Notes: generated by a model from the letters alone, not told the origin. A stretch of 63,239 nt of DNA, filler included, from Pseudobdellovibrionaceae bacterium (GCA_030591685.1; 4 parts of 4 records of this genome joined end to end with filler, not necessarily neighbours in it); one strand, 5' to 3'. Positions 30,356-40,878 are shown, counted from the whole stretch's first letter. Numbers and translations are program-made.

Positions 30356-32494
30356 ATGAATTACAACCCAGATAAAAAATCATTTAAAGATTGGTCTTTA
30401 AGGGCAAAAAAAGAGCTTCGAGGTAAGCCTTTAGAGGACCTTAACTGGACAACCCTTGAGGGGATTGAAATTAAACCCCTTTACACAAAAGAGGACTTAG
30501 AAGGTTTAGAGTTTAATAACACCATGCCTGGCTTTGAGCCTTTTATAAGGGGCCCCAGAGCGACTATGTATGCCGGTCGACCGTGGACGATTCGTCAGTA
30601 TGCGGGTTTTTCAACGGCTCAAGAATCAAACCAGTTTTACAAAAAAACTCTTAAAGGCGGGGGGCAGGGCATTAGCGTGGCTTTTGATTTGGCCACTCAT
30701 AGAGGTTACGACTCAGATCACCCGCGAGTAAAGGGGGATGTGGGCAAAGCTGGAGTGGCCATTGACAGCGTTGAGGATATGAAGATTTTATTTAATGAAA
30801 TCCCCTTAGATCAGGTTTCAGTGAGTATGACAATGAACGGTGCTGTTTTACCTATACTTGCAGGTTATATTGTGGCGGCTGAAGAGCAGGGTGTGCCCCT
30901 TGAGAAATTAAAGGGCACCATTCAAAACGATATACTCAAAGAGTTTATGGTGCGTAATACATATATTTACCCCCCTGAACCCAGCATGAAAGTGATTTCA
31001 GATATTTTTGCCTACACCACTGAGTTTATGCCTAAGTTTAATTCTATTTCGATTAGTGGTTATCATATGCAAGAGGCAGGGGCGAACGCACTCTTAGAGT
31101 TAGCGTATACAATTGCCGACGGTAAAGAGTACATAGAGACGGCTATAAATTCTGGCATGAAGATCGACGACTTTGCCCCGAGGTTAAGTTTCTTTTTTGG
31201 CATTGGTATGAACTTTTATATGGAGATTGCAAAGCTTAGGGCGGCTCGAATTTTATGGGCGAGAGTTGTTGATAAGTACAAACCAAAGAGTGAAAAATCA
31301 AAAATGCTACGCACTCATTGCCAAACTTCAGGGTGGTCGTTAACAGAGCAAGACCCCTATAATAATGTGATTCGTACAACTATTGAGGCTATGGCGGCTG
31401 TATTTGGTGGCACACAAAGTTTACACACTAACGCGCTTGATGAGGCCGTAGCTTTACCCTCCGAGTTTTCAGCCCGCATTGCACGTAACACACAAATAAT
31501 TTTACAAAAAGAAACTGGCATTACAAATGTTATAGATCCTTGGGGAGGCTCTTATTTTATGGAGTCCCTCACTGAAGACATTACTAAAAAAGCTTGGCAA
31601 ATTATTGAGGACATTGAAAAGCAAGGGGGCATGGCAAAGGCCATCGAAAGAGGCTTGCCAAAGTTAAAAATCGAAGAGTCGGCAGCCATTAAGCAAGCTC
31701 GCATTGATACGGGTAAAGAAACAATAGTTGGTGTTAATAAGTACCAACTTGAGGTTGAAGAGGAGCTTGAATATATAAGGGAGGTGGATAATGAAAAAGT
31801 TCTCATCTCTCAGATTAAGAGTATAAAAAAATTAAAGTCCACTCGTGATTCAAAAAAGGCAGAATCTTGTTTAAAAGATTTAGAGGCCTATGCGAGTACA
31901 GGTGAAGGCAATGCTCTTGATTTAGCGATAAAGGCTATGAGGGCTCGCTGCACAGTGGGTGAGGTGAGTTTGGCTTTAGAGACTTCGTGGGGTCGGTACA
32001 AAGAGAGCTCAAGAACAGTTTCAGGGGTATATGGTGGAGAGATGACGTCAAATGGTGAGTGGCAAGCAATTATAAACGAAGTGAAAGACTTTGAAGTTAA
32101 AAATGGTCGACGCCCCCGAATGCTCGTGGCGAAAATGGGTCAAGATGGGCACGATAGAGGGGCCAAAGTTATTGCCACTAGCTTTAGTGACTTAGGTTTT
32201 GATGTAGATTTAGCGCCGTTATTTTCAACTCCACAAGAGGTGGCGAAGCAAGCCTTAGAGAATGATGTTCATGTTGTGGGGGTGTCTTCACAGGCGGCGG
32301 GGCATAAGACTCTTGTTCCCGATTTAATTAATGAGCTTAAAAAATTAAATGCCGACGAAATAATAGTTATAGTCGGCGGGGTTATACCAAAGCCTGACTA
32401 TGATTTTTTACTTAATGCGGGGGTAAAGGGTATTTTTGGCCCAGGCACTCCGGTCACAGAGTCAGCTAAAAAAGTAATGAGTTTGTTAAAATGA
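30356..32494 (+). CDS. scpA: Methylmalonyl-CoA mutase (scpA/sbm/mcm; unrelated to SMC scpA)
   Basis: [23 protein letters not shown]12-binding [10 protein letters not shown]. Confidence 0.96.
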   Translation: MNYNPDKKSFKDWSLRAKKELRGKPLEDLNWTTLEGIEIKPLYTKEDLEGLEFNNTMPGFEPFIRGPRATMYAGRPWTIRQYAGFSTAQESNQFYKKTLKGGGQGISVAFDLATHRGYDSDHPRVKGDVGKAGVAIDSVEDMKILFNEIPLDQVSVSMTMNGAVLPILAGYIVAAEEQGVPLEKLKGTIQNDILKEFMVRNTYIYPPEPSMKVISDIFAYTTEFMPKFNSISISGYHMQEAGANALLELAYTIADGKEYIETAINSGMKIDDFAPRLSFFFGIGMNFYMEIAKLRAARILWARVVDKYKPKSEKSKMLRTHCQTSGWSLTEQDPYNNVIRTTIEAMAAVFGGTQSLHTNALDEAVALPSEFSARIARNTQIILQKETGITNVIDPWGGSYFMESLTEDITKKAWQIIEDIEKQGGMAKAIERGLPKLKIEESAAIKQARIDTGKETIVGVNKYQLEVEEELEYIREVDNEKVLISQIKSIKKLKSTRDSKKAESCLKDLEAYASTGEGNALDLAIKAMRARCTVGEVSLALETSWGRYKESSRTVSGVYGGEMTSNGEWQAIINEVKDFEVKNGRRPRMLVAKMGQDGHDRGAKVIATSFSDLGFDVDLAPLFSTPQEVAKQALENDVHVVGVSSQAAGHKTLVPDLINELKKLNADEIIVIVGGVIPKPDYDFLLNAGVKGIFGPGTPVTESAKKVMSLLK

Positions 32495-33447
32495 TTAAGG
32501 TCACTAAAGAAAACATATTATCGGGCAACATAAGAGCACTCTCAAAAGCTATTACACTTATTGAGAGTACTAAGTTAGAGGACCAAACAAAAGCACAGGC
32601 CATTTTAGGTGAGGTATTACCTTACTCAGGTAAAGCTTTAAGGGTGGGTATTACGGGTGTGCCTGGGGTGGGTAAGTCCACATTTATTGAGGCTTTGGGT
32701 TTATATTTAGTAAATAGTTTAGGTAAAAAAATCGCTGTTTTAGCTGTAGATCCATCTTCACCAAAAAGTGGCGGTAGTTTATTGGGCGATAAAACCCGTA
32801 TGGAGGAGTTGTCTAAAAGCGAGAGTGCTTTTATTAGACCCACCCCTACTTCTGGGGATTTAGGTGGTGTGGCGGCAAAAACAAAAGAAGCCATGGTGTT
32901 GTGTGAGGCGGCGGGTTTTGATGTTATTTTTGTAGAGACAGTGGGTGTTGGCCAGAGTGAATTTGAAGTGTCGCACCTTGTGGACCTTTCTTTATTGATG
33001 ATGCTCCCTAATGCGGGAGATGGTTTACAGGGCATTAAGCGCGGAATTATAGAAATGTGTGATTTAATGTTTATTAATAAATCTGATGGTGATTTTGTAG
33101 ACAAAGCGAACGAGGCAAAACTTCAGTATGAAGCCTCGCTGAGTTTATTAAAAAATAAAGCCCCTGTTATGACAGGCTCGGCATTAAAAAATGTAAATAT
33201 TAAAGAGACTTGGGATCGGTTATTAAAAATTTATAATGACAAAAAAACTTCAGGCGAATTTGACAAGGCGAGAAAAGTACAAAATGTTGAGTGGTTTGAT
33301 AAAATGTTTGTGCAAGGCCTTAAAAAAAGGATTAACGGTCAAGAGAGCTTAAGGGCTCTTAAAGAGAGCCTTATGAATGAAGTGTTTGTCGGTAAAAAAA
33401 CAGCCCTTCGGGCTGTGGATGAGTTGTTAGAACAGCTATTTAAATAA
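32491..33447 (+). CDS. meaB: Methylmalonyl-CoA mutase-associated GTPase MeaB
   Basis: [43 protein letters not shown] overlap with the mutase gene. Confidence 0.95.
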   Translation: MIKVTKENILSGNIRALSKAITLIESTKLEDQTKAQAILGEVLPYSGKALRVGITGVPGVGKSTFIEALGLYLVNSLGKKIAVLAVDPSSPKSGGSLLGDKTRMEELSKSESAFIRPTPTSGDLGGVAAKTKEAMVLCEAAGFDVIFVETVGVGQSEFEVSHLVDLSLLMMLPNAGDGLQGIKRGIIEMCDLMFINKSDGDFVDKANEAKLQYEASLSLLKNKAPVMTGSALKNVNIKETWDRLLKIYNDKKTSGEFDKARKVQNVEWFDKMFVQGLKKRINGQESLRALKESLMNEVFVGKKTALRAVDELLEQLFK

Positions 33448-33461
33448 GGGCTCGTGGGTGT

Positions 33462-34148
33462 ATGTTAAAATTAAGTGCTAATCAAGTTAGTGGTTTTTGG
33501 GCTGAGTTTTTAAGTGCAGAGCTAAAAAAAAAGTATATGAAGGATTTAGACTTATTTTTAGAAAGTGAGTTTAAGCAAAATAAATCTATTTACCCTAAGT
33601 CTGAGGAGTATTTTAATGCCCTTAAGTGGACCCCTTTTAAGGATGTAAAAGTAGTTATTTTGGGTCAAGACCCCTATCACGGAGAGGGGCAAGCTCATGG
33701 TCTTAGTTTTTCAGTTCCTTTGGGGGTAAAGACTCCACCTTCGTTAAAAAATATATTTAAAGAGCTTAAGGGGGATTTAAGTATTGAGGGCTCAGGGGAG
33801 GGTTGTTTGAAGTCATGGGCTGAGCAGGGGGTGTTGCTTTTAAATGCCACGTTGAGTGTTGAGGCTCATAAGCCGGGGAGCCATCAAAAAAAGGGCTGGG
33901 AAGAGTTAACGGATAAAATAATTTCTACATTAAGTGAAAAAAAAGAGCATTTAGTTTTTGTATTATGGGGGGCTTATGCTCAGAGGAAGGCGGTGCTTAT
34001 AGATGAGTCGAGGCATTTGGTTATAAAGTCAGCTCACCCCTCGCCGCTTTCAGCGTATAGGGGTTTTTTAGGGAGCCGTCCGTTTTCAAAGATCAACACC
34101 CACCTTAAGGACTCCTCCGCCGCCCCCATTGATTGGACCATTAAGTGA
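33462..34148 (+). CDS. ung: Uracil-DNA glycosylase (family 1)
   Basis: GQDPYH, GLSFSV, PPSL.NI, GVLLLN, HPSPLS. Confidence 0.97.
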   Translation: MLKLSANQVSGFWAEFLSAELKKKYMKDLDLFLESEFKQNKSIYPKSEEYFNALKWTPFKDVKVVILGQDPYHGEGQAHGLSFSVPLGVKTPPSLKNIFKELKGDLSIEGSGEGCLKSWAEQGVLLLNATLSVEAHKPGSHQKKGWEELTDKIISTLSEKKEHLVFVLWGAYAQRKAVLIDESRHLVIKSAHPSPLSAYRGFLGSRPFSKINTHLKDSSAAPIDWTIK

Positions 34149-34168
34149 CGGAGTCCGCTTTTCGGACA
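34143..34168 (+). repeat. REP-like repeat, left of RAYT
   Basis: AAGTGACGGAG then hairpin gtccg-ctttt-cggac; 11-bp perfect inverted match to 35225-35235. Confidence 0.6.
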
Positions 34169-34244
34169 CATCGCCGGACCCCCAAGCCTCAAACCCCTCT
34201 CTATCCCTCTCTGCACATGTTCCCTCTTTTGCATATCAGACCAT

Positions 34245-34964
34245 ATGCGTATTTCAAGAACTACCCAGCTCCATCCCGAACACGGCTTTATCCATAAATT
34301 TTGGCGCTGCCAGAACCGTGAGTTTCTATTAAAGTCCTCATCAACTAAGGAACTCTACATGAAATGCACTCAGTACGCTCTAGAGCACCGGAGCGTAAAC
34401 ACAAATGTAAAACTCTACTCATATTGCCTAATGGACAACCATGCTCATATGCAGATGAGTTATGATGAGGACTCTAGCTACCTCTCAAGTTTTATGAGGG
34501 TTTCTCATGCCCGGTTTGGTTACACTTTTAATAAAATATCTAAGCGAAGTGGTAAAGTTGCTAATGAACGTCCTAAAACACCCTTAATTGAAAATTCAGA
34601 GCATTGCATGAGGGTTCACTTTTATATCGAGGCCAACCCCGTAAGAGCTAACATGGTGACCTTAGAGAAATTAAAATTTTATAAATACTCAAGCTATAGG
34701 TTTTTTGCTCATGGTATTAGGGATGCCTGGACAAGTTTATTAACCTTACCAGACTGGTATCTAGCTCTTGGTAAAACAAAAGCTGTGCGGCAATCAAAAT
34801 ATAGAAAACTTTTTTTAAAGTACTTATCAAGTGAACTATTTGGCTCTAAATGGATGTATGCAAAATATATCGGTGGCCCTGTATGGCAGGAGCAAATGAT
34901 TAAAATGACAAAAAACATTATGGGTCTAGTGATTTTGAGAGCTACCGAGTTAAATACAACTTAG
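34245..34964 (+). mobile_element. REP-associated tyrosine transposase (RAYT, Y1 HUH / IS200-like)
   Basis: H...RCQNRE, YCLMDNHAH (HUH), YIEANPVRA (catalytic Tyr), YKYSSY. Confidence 0.88.
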
Positions 34965-35206
34965 CTGAATAACTCACTCCCATTTACTAAGCCTAAATCA
35001 GGGTATTTTTAAATGTCTATGGAGAGGTTTGTTTGAAAAGAACAAAACTCCCTGATTTATTATCTTTGAAAATAAAAATAATCTCAGGGCTTCAATGTAA
35101 ACTCATTATATTGATTGTTTTAGCTATTTAATTTGGCCTAAAGGCACTAATTGATAATAGTAGAATAAATTCAAATTTAAATCATGATTGGTATGGGTAG
35201 GGGTGT

Positions 35207-35235
35207 GGAATGACTTGGGAATGGCTCCGTCACTT
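35207..35235 (-). repeat. REP-like repeat, right of RAYT (inverted)
   Basis: Minus strand aaGTGACGGAGCCATTCCCAAGTCATTCC; 24/27 identical to 62892-62918. Confidence 0.7.
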
Positions 35236-35246
35236 TAGGAGTCACT

Positions 35247-35906
35247 TTAGGAGGTGATTTTTTTTGCAGGGACCCCCGCCCAAACCTCACCCGATTTTAT
35301 ATAAGTATGCTTAGTCACAAGTGAATGGGCCGCTACAATAGCATCGTCCTCAACAGTAACACCAGCAAGCAGTGTCGACTGTAGCCCTATGGTAACATTG
35401 TCACCAATTTTAATACCATAGAAAGCAAGAACACCTGACTCTAGAACATGAGGCACTATTTTTGAGCTATCACCAAGAATTGTGTTCTTACCAATTTTTG
35501 TTAATATTGGATCAAACAAGTAACCAGCAGGGTAAGTATTTGACCCTAGTTTTGCTCCTAGTAATTGATAAAACAAACGATAAACGGGTACTGGTAAAAT
35601 TTCAGATTTCATGATTGGATAAAATAAGATTAAGGAAAATAAAACATACACATCATAAATAAATTGTTGAGATGTACCCTCCTGAATAATCCCTTCCTTT
35701 AATGGGTACAAAAATAAAAAAACTCTAAAATTTATAATCATTAATAAATATAAAACGAAGCTTCCAATGATAAGACTAAAGATCCCGGTAAGAGAATCAT
35801 TGAAGGTTATGCTTTTTATTAGTTCAGTGATTTCATAAGATATATACCCATTAATTAGTAGTAATGAGAAAAATAATACGACAGGTAAAAAAGAAATTTT
35901 TCTCAC
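35247..35906 (-). CDS. Membrane-anchored hexapeptide-repeat (LbH) acyltransferase
   Basis: N-terminal TMs; LLGAKLG; KIGDNVTIG; VEDDAIVAAHSLV; WAGVPAK. Confidence 0.85.
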   Translation of the reverse strand: MRKISFLPVVLFFSLLLINGYISYEITELIKSITFNDSLTGIFSLIIGSFVLYLLMIINFRVFLFLYPLKEGIIQEGTSQQFIYDVYVLFSLILFYPIMKSEILPVPVYRLFYQLLGAKLGSNTYPAGYLFDPILTKIGKNTILGDSSKIVPHVLESGVLAFYGIKIGDNVTIGLQSTLLAGVTVEDDAIVAAHSLVTKHTYIKSGEVWAGVPAKKITS

Positions 35907-36232
35907 TTATGAATGATCCAATCATCGTTGTTAAAATCCAATTTATGATACAAATATAATATCAAACTTATGCTTGTTCCGCGATAGTTTAAATTTAATG
36001 TGTCAAAATAGAACTTTTGTTTAATCTAGGTATTCCTAATGAGACTATTTATCGTATTTAACTGATTATGCTTAAAACAAACTTAGCTCCTCACTCGCAT
36101 GTTTGTTAGGGTGTTAAGTTAGGTTTAGTTGCCAGTAGGTTAGTAACTTGGGTAATTAGTGTGTACACATAGGGGTGCCTATAAGAGTTGTCCAGAGCAA
36201 AGACTGTAAAGCCGTCAAGATACTAAAAGGGC

Positions 36233-37159
36233 TCAAAACCTTTTAAAAACTAAAGAACAAAGAGATACTGAGTTTAAGCGTATTGCCTGGGAAGGGGTGC
36301 CGTTTTTCTTTTTTATATCTGTAGGGTTAATGTGAGAGGTTGCCCTTTTAAATGTGTATAGCTCTAGAATAAAGTCGAAAACTTCTTGTGATTTACTAAA
36401 CCCACTGTAATGCTCTTCAGTAAGTTGCTGATTTATAAAAACCTCCTGTGAGCTTTTGGTCGCACTCTTTACATGTGAAGAGAGTAAACTTAATTCTAAC
36501 TTATTGTTCTGGATGGGGGCATTAAGAACCTCTCGCGCTATAAAACTGAACGGAAAATCTTTGAAATAGTAACTTGTAATTGCATCTGTAATAGCTTGGC
36601 TTATTATTTTTAAAAACCCATGATCAACGGAGGTTATAGTGCCCTGATAGAGCTCCCAACTCCTGAGTGTTGAGAGGTGAATGACCTCACTAAAAACAGA
36701 AAATCTATTAATGTGAATACTGTTCTCTATTAATTCATAAGGAAAGATCTTGTAATGTAAGGAGGTTAAGTCTCCTGGAGCCTCGTACTGGCGCATTAAT
36801 TCTTTTGCTTTTTGATCAGGAAGCTTTTCTAAAAAAAACTCAACAATAAGTTTTTGTCTCAAGAAAATAGCATTCTTATCACTTAGGTTTGAAAATCTAG
36901 GGTCTATTGATTCATTAATATAAGGAAGTACAGGTATTTCCAGATGATTAAGGTAATACCTAATGCGTTCAGGTGAGTTAAAAGGCGTTGTCTGGACTAG
37001 ATGATTTATATCCGAAAACTCATTTGTGGGTCTCATAACAGATAAGCCTGCTGAAGAATAAAGAATAATAATTAAAATTTGAAAAACTATATTTTTCATA
37101 TAACTAACAAGATTTGAGTAAAAAATGAGGTAAGTATGAGCTGACATAAAAACTACCAA
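36233..37159 (-). CDS. Hypothetical secreted protein (likely start MKNIVFQ)
   Basis: 308-aa ORF with signal-like segment; ends SLCSLVFKRF. Confidence 0.6.
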   Translation of the reverse strand: MVVFMSAHTYLIFYSNLVSYMKNIVFQILIIILYSSAGLSVMRPTNEFSDINHLVQTTPFNSPERIRYYLNHLEIPVLPYINESIDPRFSNLSDKNAIFLRQKLIVEFFLEKLPDQKAKELMRQYEAPGDLTSLHYKIFPYELIENSIHINRFSVFSEVIHLSTLRSWELYQGTITSVDHGFLKIISQAITDAITSYYFKDFPFSFIAREVLNAPIQNNKLELSLLSSHVKSATKSSQEVFINQQLTEEHYSGFSKSQEVFDFILELYTFKRATSHINPTDIKKKNGTPSQAIRLNSVSLCSLVFKRF

Positions 37160-37383
37160 CTGCTTTCTAGTTGATAGAAAATGGATAGGGTACTAATGAT
37201 TGCAGTAATGTAAATATGTTAAAAAATTGAGGCATTGAGTCTGATATTTTATTGAGACTATGGGACGGCAGGAGCTTTTATAATTCACTATTGGGGCCTT
37301 TGTGACGAGCATAAAATAGTGACTTAATGGGGCACAGGGTCGAGGGTGTTTTTAACATCTGATGGAGCTAAAGATATTTGTAT

Positions 37384-37860
37384 TTAATGATCTTTAATGC
37401 ACAAAGTACGATCTTTGTTTTTACTAAATCCAGTATTACAGTTTTGAGCCACTACACACGACGGAGACTTAATTTCACAAATAACTTGCCCTGAGCCTTG
37501 TTTAGATTTGATGGTAATACGGTTTTGACAATGATTTTTGTCAAAAAGTTTTCGCTCCTCTTGACAATGACTGCTGCTTTTTACAACAGTCTTATGAATC
37601 TGACTCAGTTTATTAAAGCAAGTATAATGATTAGATCTTTTTATGCACTTGCCCTCAGGAAGGGAGCTGCTTTTGCACGCCTTGCTTTTACAGTCTAAAT
37701 TAAGTTTACAGTACTCACTTTTGGGGCACTTTTTCATATTGTTTCCAGCACAAAAGTTTAGTGTATTACTGTTTTTGGCCTCAGCATAATTATGACCTGT
37801 AAAAACAATCATTAATACATAAATGGCATATAGAAAGTAAATTTTAAATTTAAAAGTCAC
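37384..37860 (-). CDS. Small Cys-rich secreted protein
   Basis: Signal peptide ending YA; many Cys; start overlaps the upstream stop. Confidence 0.7.
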   Translation of the reverse strand: MTFKFKIYFLYAIYVLMIVFTGHNYAEAKNSNTLNFCAGNNMKKCPKSEYCKLNLDCKSKACKSSSLPEGKCIKRSNHYTCFNKLSQIHKTVVKSSSHCQEERKLFDKNHCQNRITIKSKQGSGQVICEIKSPSCVVAQNCNTGFSKNKDRTLCIKDH

Positions 37861-38918
37861 TTGGCCCCCTTATTAGTATGAGGCTGTTTTTGATTTCTAT
37901 TTTGTAACAAGCAGATGTCTGAGCCCATAACTTTTACAGACCCTACGCACTTTAAGGCCTCACAGTTTATAGATTGAAAGTGACATTGCCCACTAAAAGT
38001 AATGTCATTGTTTGTTACATAGCTTTTTGGTGCGAGGTCTGTAGCCAAGCTTGAACTAAACCAGTGAAGGGTTAAGCAAGAGTTCTTATCTAGAACAGTT
38101 CGGATAGGCTTACATTGGCGAGCACAAATTTGATCGCTACTCTTAAATAATTTACCTTTTGTGATTTTACAAGATACAGGGAAGGACATAAGGTGACTTT
38201 CGTCGCTATTACACCGAGGCTTGCTTTTAAAATTATCTGAGTATTTAGGCGCAAAAGGCTTATCGTCGGGGTATATAATTAAGTCCAATCGCCGTTTTGC
38301 AATAGCACATGTTTTTTTCACCTCTTCAAGAGCCTTTTTACGGCCCCTAAGGGCTGCTATGTCTTGAGGGTCAAGGCATAGGTCGAAAAAATCACTAACT
38401 AGTTCTGCTAACAGGACGACATTATTATCTGAAATTTTAAGTATATTATTCATGTTTCGATCACTTGCTTTTTCGCAAGACCTGGTCGCATTTATTGAAT
38501 TACGCACACAGAGTCCTTTGCCGCTGTTGTCCCCATATAAAAGTGGATTACACAAAACACTCCCAATTTGACCTTTACACGAAAGTGTTTTGTTTCCGAG
38601 TTTAAAAGTAGTTTTAGGCTTGCATTTGTGACCTCTAATAATAAATCCCCCATACATACACCTTACAGGGAGCTCCTTTATAGCAGCATAGGCCGTATTT
38701 AAAAAAAACTGATATAATACATGCTTCTTTTGTATTACTTGAAGTTCAGGGTAAAGTACCGACATAGTGTTGAGTATCGTTCTAAACTCTTTAATGTATC
38801 GAGCCCTTTGGTCTTGAGTGAGGTTAGAGAAGCTCTGTTCAAAACTATATTTTTTTGTAATACCAAATGATGAGAATATAAAAATAGTAATAAATAATAT
38901 GTACTTAGAATATCTCAT
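37857..38918 (-). CDS. Cys-rich secreted protein (C.YGG / CNPLLYG / LCV...NAT..C family)
   Basis: Signal peptide; RCMYGGF, VLCNPLLYG, GLCV..SINATRSC; GAGGT RBS. Confidence 0.75.
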   Translation of the reverse strand: MRYSKYILFITIFIFSSFGITKKYSFEQSFSNLTQDQRARYIKEFRTILNTMSVLYPELQVIQKKHVLYQFFLNTAYAAIKELPVRCMYGGFIIRGHKCKPKTTFKLGNKTLSCKGQIGSVLCNPLLYGDNSGKGLCVRNSINATRSCEKASDRNMNNILKISDNNVVLLAELVSDFFDLCLDPQDIAALRGRKKALEEVKKTCAIAKRRLDLIIYPDDKPFAPKYSDNFKSKPRCNSDESHLMSFPVSCKITKGKLFKSSDQICARQCKPIRTVLDKNSCLTLHWFSSSLATDLAPKSYVTNNDITFSGQCHFQSINCEALKCVGSVKVMGSDICLLQNRNQKQPHTNKGAK

Positions 38919-38972
38919 TTGTAGACCTCATAATTATTTTTAAACCTTTATACAATGTTAGTTTGAGTGACT

Positions 38973-39382
38973 TCATTTTAAGTGCCGCTCCATTAAAGTC
39001 CCTGTGTCGACAAAAGAATTATCTAACTCAAAAAGACACCAATCTAGTTTATACCAAACGTCTTCGAATTCAAACATAATAATCTTTGGGTCGCCACCGA
39101 GCCTACGGCAAAGTTTAAACCCTGGTTTTCCAGTTTCAGTGAGTAGTTCGGAAATATTAATTACCTCTTCGCTACTTTTAAGGGCTTCGCATTTGTTGTT
39201 TAAACAGTTTTTAGAAAAAAGAATATTTTTTTAGTTTTGTTTGTGCAAAAGGAGGATCGACTTAAAATCTCCTTTCTAAATTCATAATATTTTATGTTTC
39301 CCGTAGTACACGTATTCGACTTGGCGTAAGTTAAACCTAAGGGCTTACTCAAGGTAAAGTCATTGATAAAAGCCTACGTCAC
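38973..39382 (-). pseudogene. Frameshifted small Cys-containing secreted-type protein gene at contig end
   Basis: Two minus-strand frames join at an A7 run (plus T7, 39226-39232): ...SFCTNKTK / NILFSKNCLNNKCEAL...GKPGFKLCRRLGG...CLFELDNSFVD...; stop at 38973. Confidence 0.55.
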
Positions 39383-39482
39383 NNNNNNNNNNNNNNNNNN
39401 NNNNNNNNNNNNNNNNNNNNNNNNNNTTAATTAATTAANNNNNNNNNNNNNNNNNNNNNNNNNNNNNNNNNNNNNNNNNNNN
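39383..39482. other. Artificial contig spacer
   Basis: N44-TTAATTAATTAA-N44. Confidence 0.97.
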
Positions 39483-39498
39483 AAAATTATTCCTAAAA

Positions 39499-40878
39499 AT
39501 GAGGGCTCCCATGAATAAACTATTGATTCTAATAATATCTGTTTATATTTCAAGCTGTGCGACACCTAGCTTTAAAGTCAGAAACTTTGACGAGTCAAAG
39601 CTGAATAATGGGTTAAACTTAATTTTTATTAAAGACGCAACGTTACCATATGTCACATTTTCTATGCTTATCGGAGTGGGTAATATTCATGATGGTTCAA
39701 AGTATCAGGGGTTAAATTCGTTAACGGCATCCTTACTAGATAAGGGGGCTGGGAGTATGTCAGCAACTCAAATATCAGATAAATTAGGCCAAATGGGGGC
39801 TTGGACCTCGTCACAGAGTAGTAGGGAGTACACTATTCTTTCAGCGGGCGGGCTTTCAAAGTATCAAAACGAAATATTAGATGTTTTTTCAACCCTGGTC
39901 ACCAAACCGAGCTTTAAGACCTCTGAGGTTAAAAGAGCGAAGCGGCTAAGACTAGCTACGATCAAAAACACCATGGATAACCCGGCTTCTTTAGCCCGGG
40001 TCGCTGCCCCAATGTTGTTCTATAAAGACCACCCCTACGGCTATAGTAAGGTCGGTAAATTAGGTACAATAAAGGCGATTGGAAAAAAAAATATAGTTAA
40101 ACTTTATTTGCAATACTATAGGCCTAATAATTCGACGTTAGCTGTCGTAGGTAACTTTTCTGAAAACATGAAGATCAAAATTAAAAAAGCCTTTGAATCT
40201 TGGAAGTCTAGAGATGTTGCGAGTTTTAAATATCAAAGTTTAAAACCCCTAAATAAAACTCAAGTGACTTTAATAGATAAGCCGCAAACAAAGCAGACCC
40301 AAGTTAAATTTTTGCATTATGGGGTTAACAAAGGGCATCCTGACTTTATACCACTGATGGTTGCAAACAAAGTTTTTGGAGGAGCATTCTCAAGTCGACT
40401 CATGTCGGAGCTAAGAACTAAACAGGGGCTGACTTACGGGGCCTACTCTCACTTTAGTTCATTTAAAAGGGGTGGGCATTTTCAAATATCCACTTCGTCA
40501 CGGCATGATAAAGTGAAAGACATAATAAGCTCAACAGTTAAAGTTTATAAAAACTTTGTCACTCAAGGCATTACCTCTGAAGAGCTTAAGGGGGCAAAGG
40601 CACTTTCAAAGGGAGCCTTTCCTCTTATTGTTGAAACCCCTGAAAAGTTAGCAACAAATATTTTAATTTTAAATTTTTATGGACTAGGGCGCAAATATTT
40701 AGATACATACCTCTCATCCATAGAGGGAGTTAGTCTGTCAGAGGTGAATCAAACAATAAAAAAATACTTTCACCCGGACAAAATGCATATAATTTTAGTA
40801 AGTACTGATTCTAATGTAAATAAACAATTAAAAGCGTTTAAGTATAAAAAAATAAATTATAAAAGTATTTTAAAGTAA
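39499..40878 (+). CDS. M16B peptidase family lipoprotein, non-catalytic subunit
   Basis: Lipobox ISSC; HxxEH replaced by SLTASLL; HPYG, YYRPNN..L.VVG, GG.FSSRL..ELR.KQGLTYG. Confidence 0.88.
   Translation: MRAPMNKLLILIISVYISSCATPSFKVRNFDESKLNNGLNLIFIKDATLPYVTFSMLIGVGNIHDGSKYQGLNSLTASLLDKGAGSMSATQISDKLGQMGAWTSSQSSREYTILSAGGLSKYQNEILDVFSTLVTKPSFKTSEVKRAKRLRLATIKNTMDNPASLARVAAPMLFYKDHPYGYSKVGKLGTIKAIGKKNIVKLYLQYYRPNNSTLAVVGNFSENMKIKIKKAFESWKSRDVASFKYQSLKPLNKTQVTLIDKPQTKQTQVKFLHYGVNKGHPDFIPLMVANKVFGGAFSSRLMSELRTKQGLTYGAYSHFSSFKRGGHFQISTSSRHDKVKDIISSTVKVYKNFVTQGITSEELKGAKALSKGAFPLIVETPEKLATNILILNFYGLGRKYLDTYLSSIEGVSLSEVNQTIKKYFHPDKMHIILVSTDSNVNKQLKAFKYKKINYKSILK

Noticed and set aside
34129..34332. 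Short ORFs overlapping the ung end and RAYT start (also 34034-34234 minus)
   Set aside because: Overlap two well-supported genes and the repeat; no motifs
36060..36232. Intergenic stretch containing GCAAAG, checked as a c-di-GMP-I riboswitch, plus loose gttag repeats
   Set aside because: Lacks the GGCAAAC...GAAA...GACGCAAAG architecture; repeats too irregular for an array
39004..39234. 76-aa plus-strand ORF
   Set aside because: Antisense shadow of the frameshifted minus-strand gene, which has the more protein-like sequence
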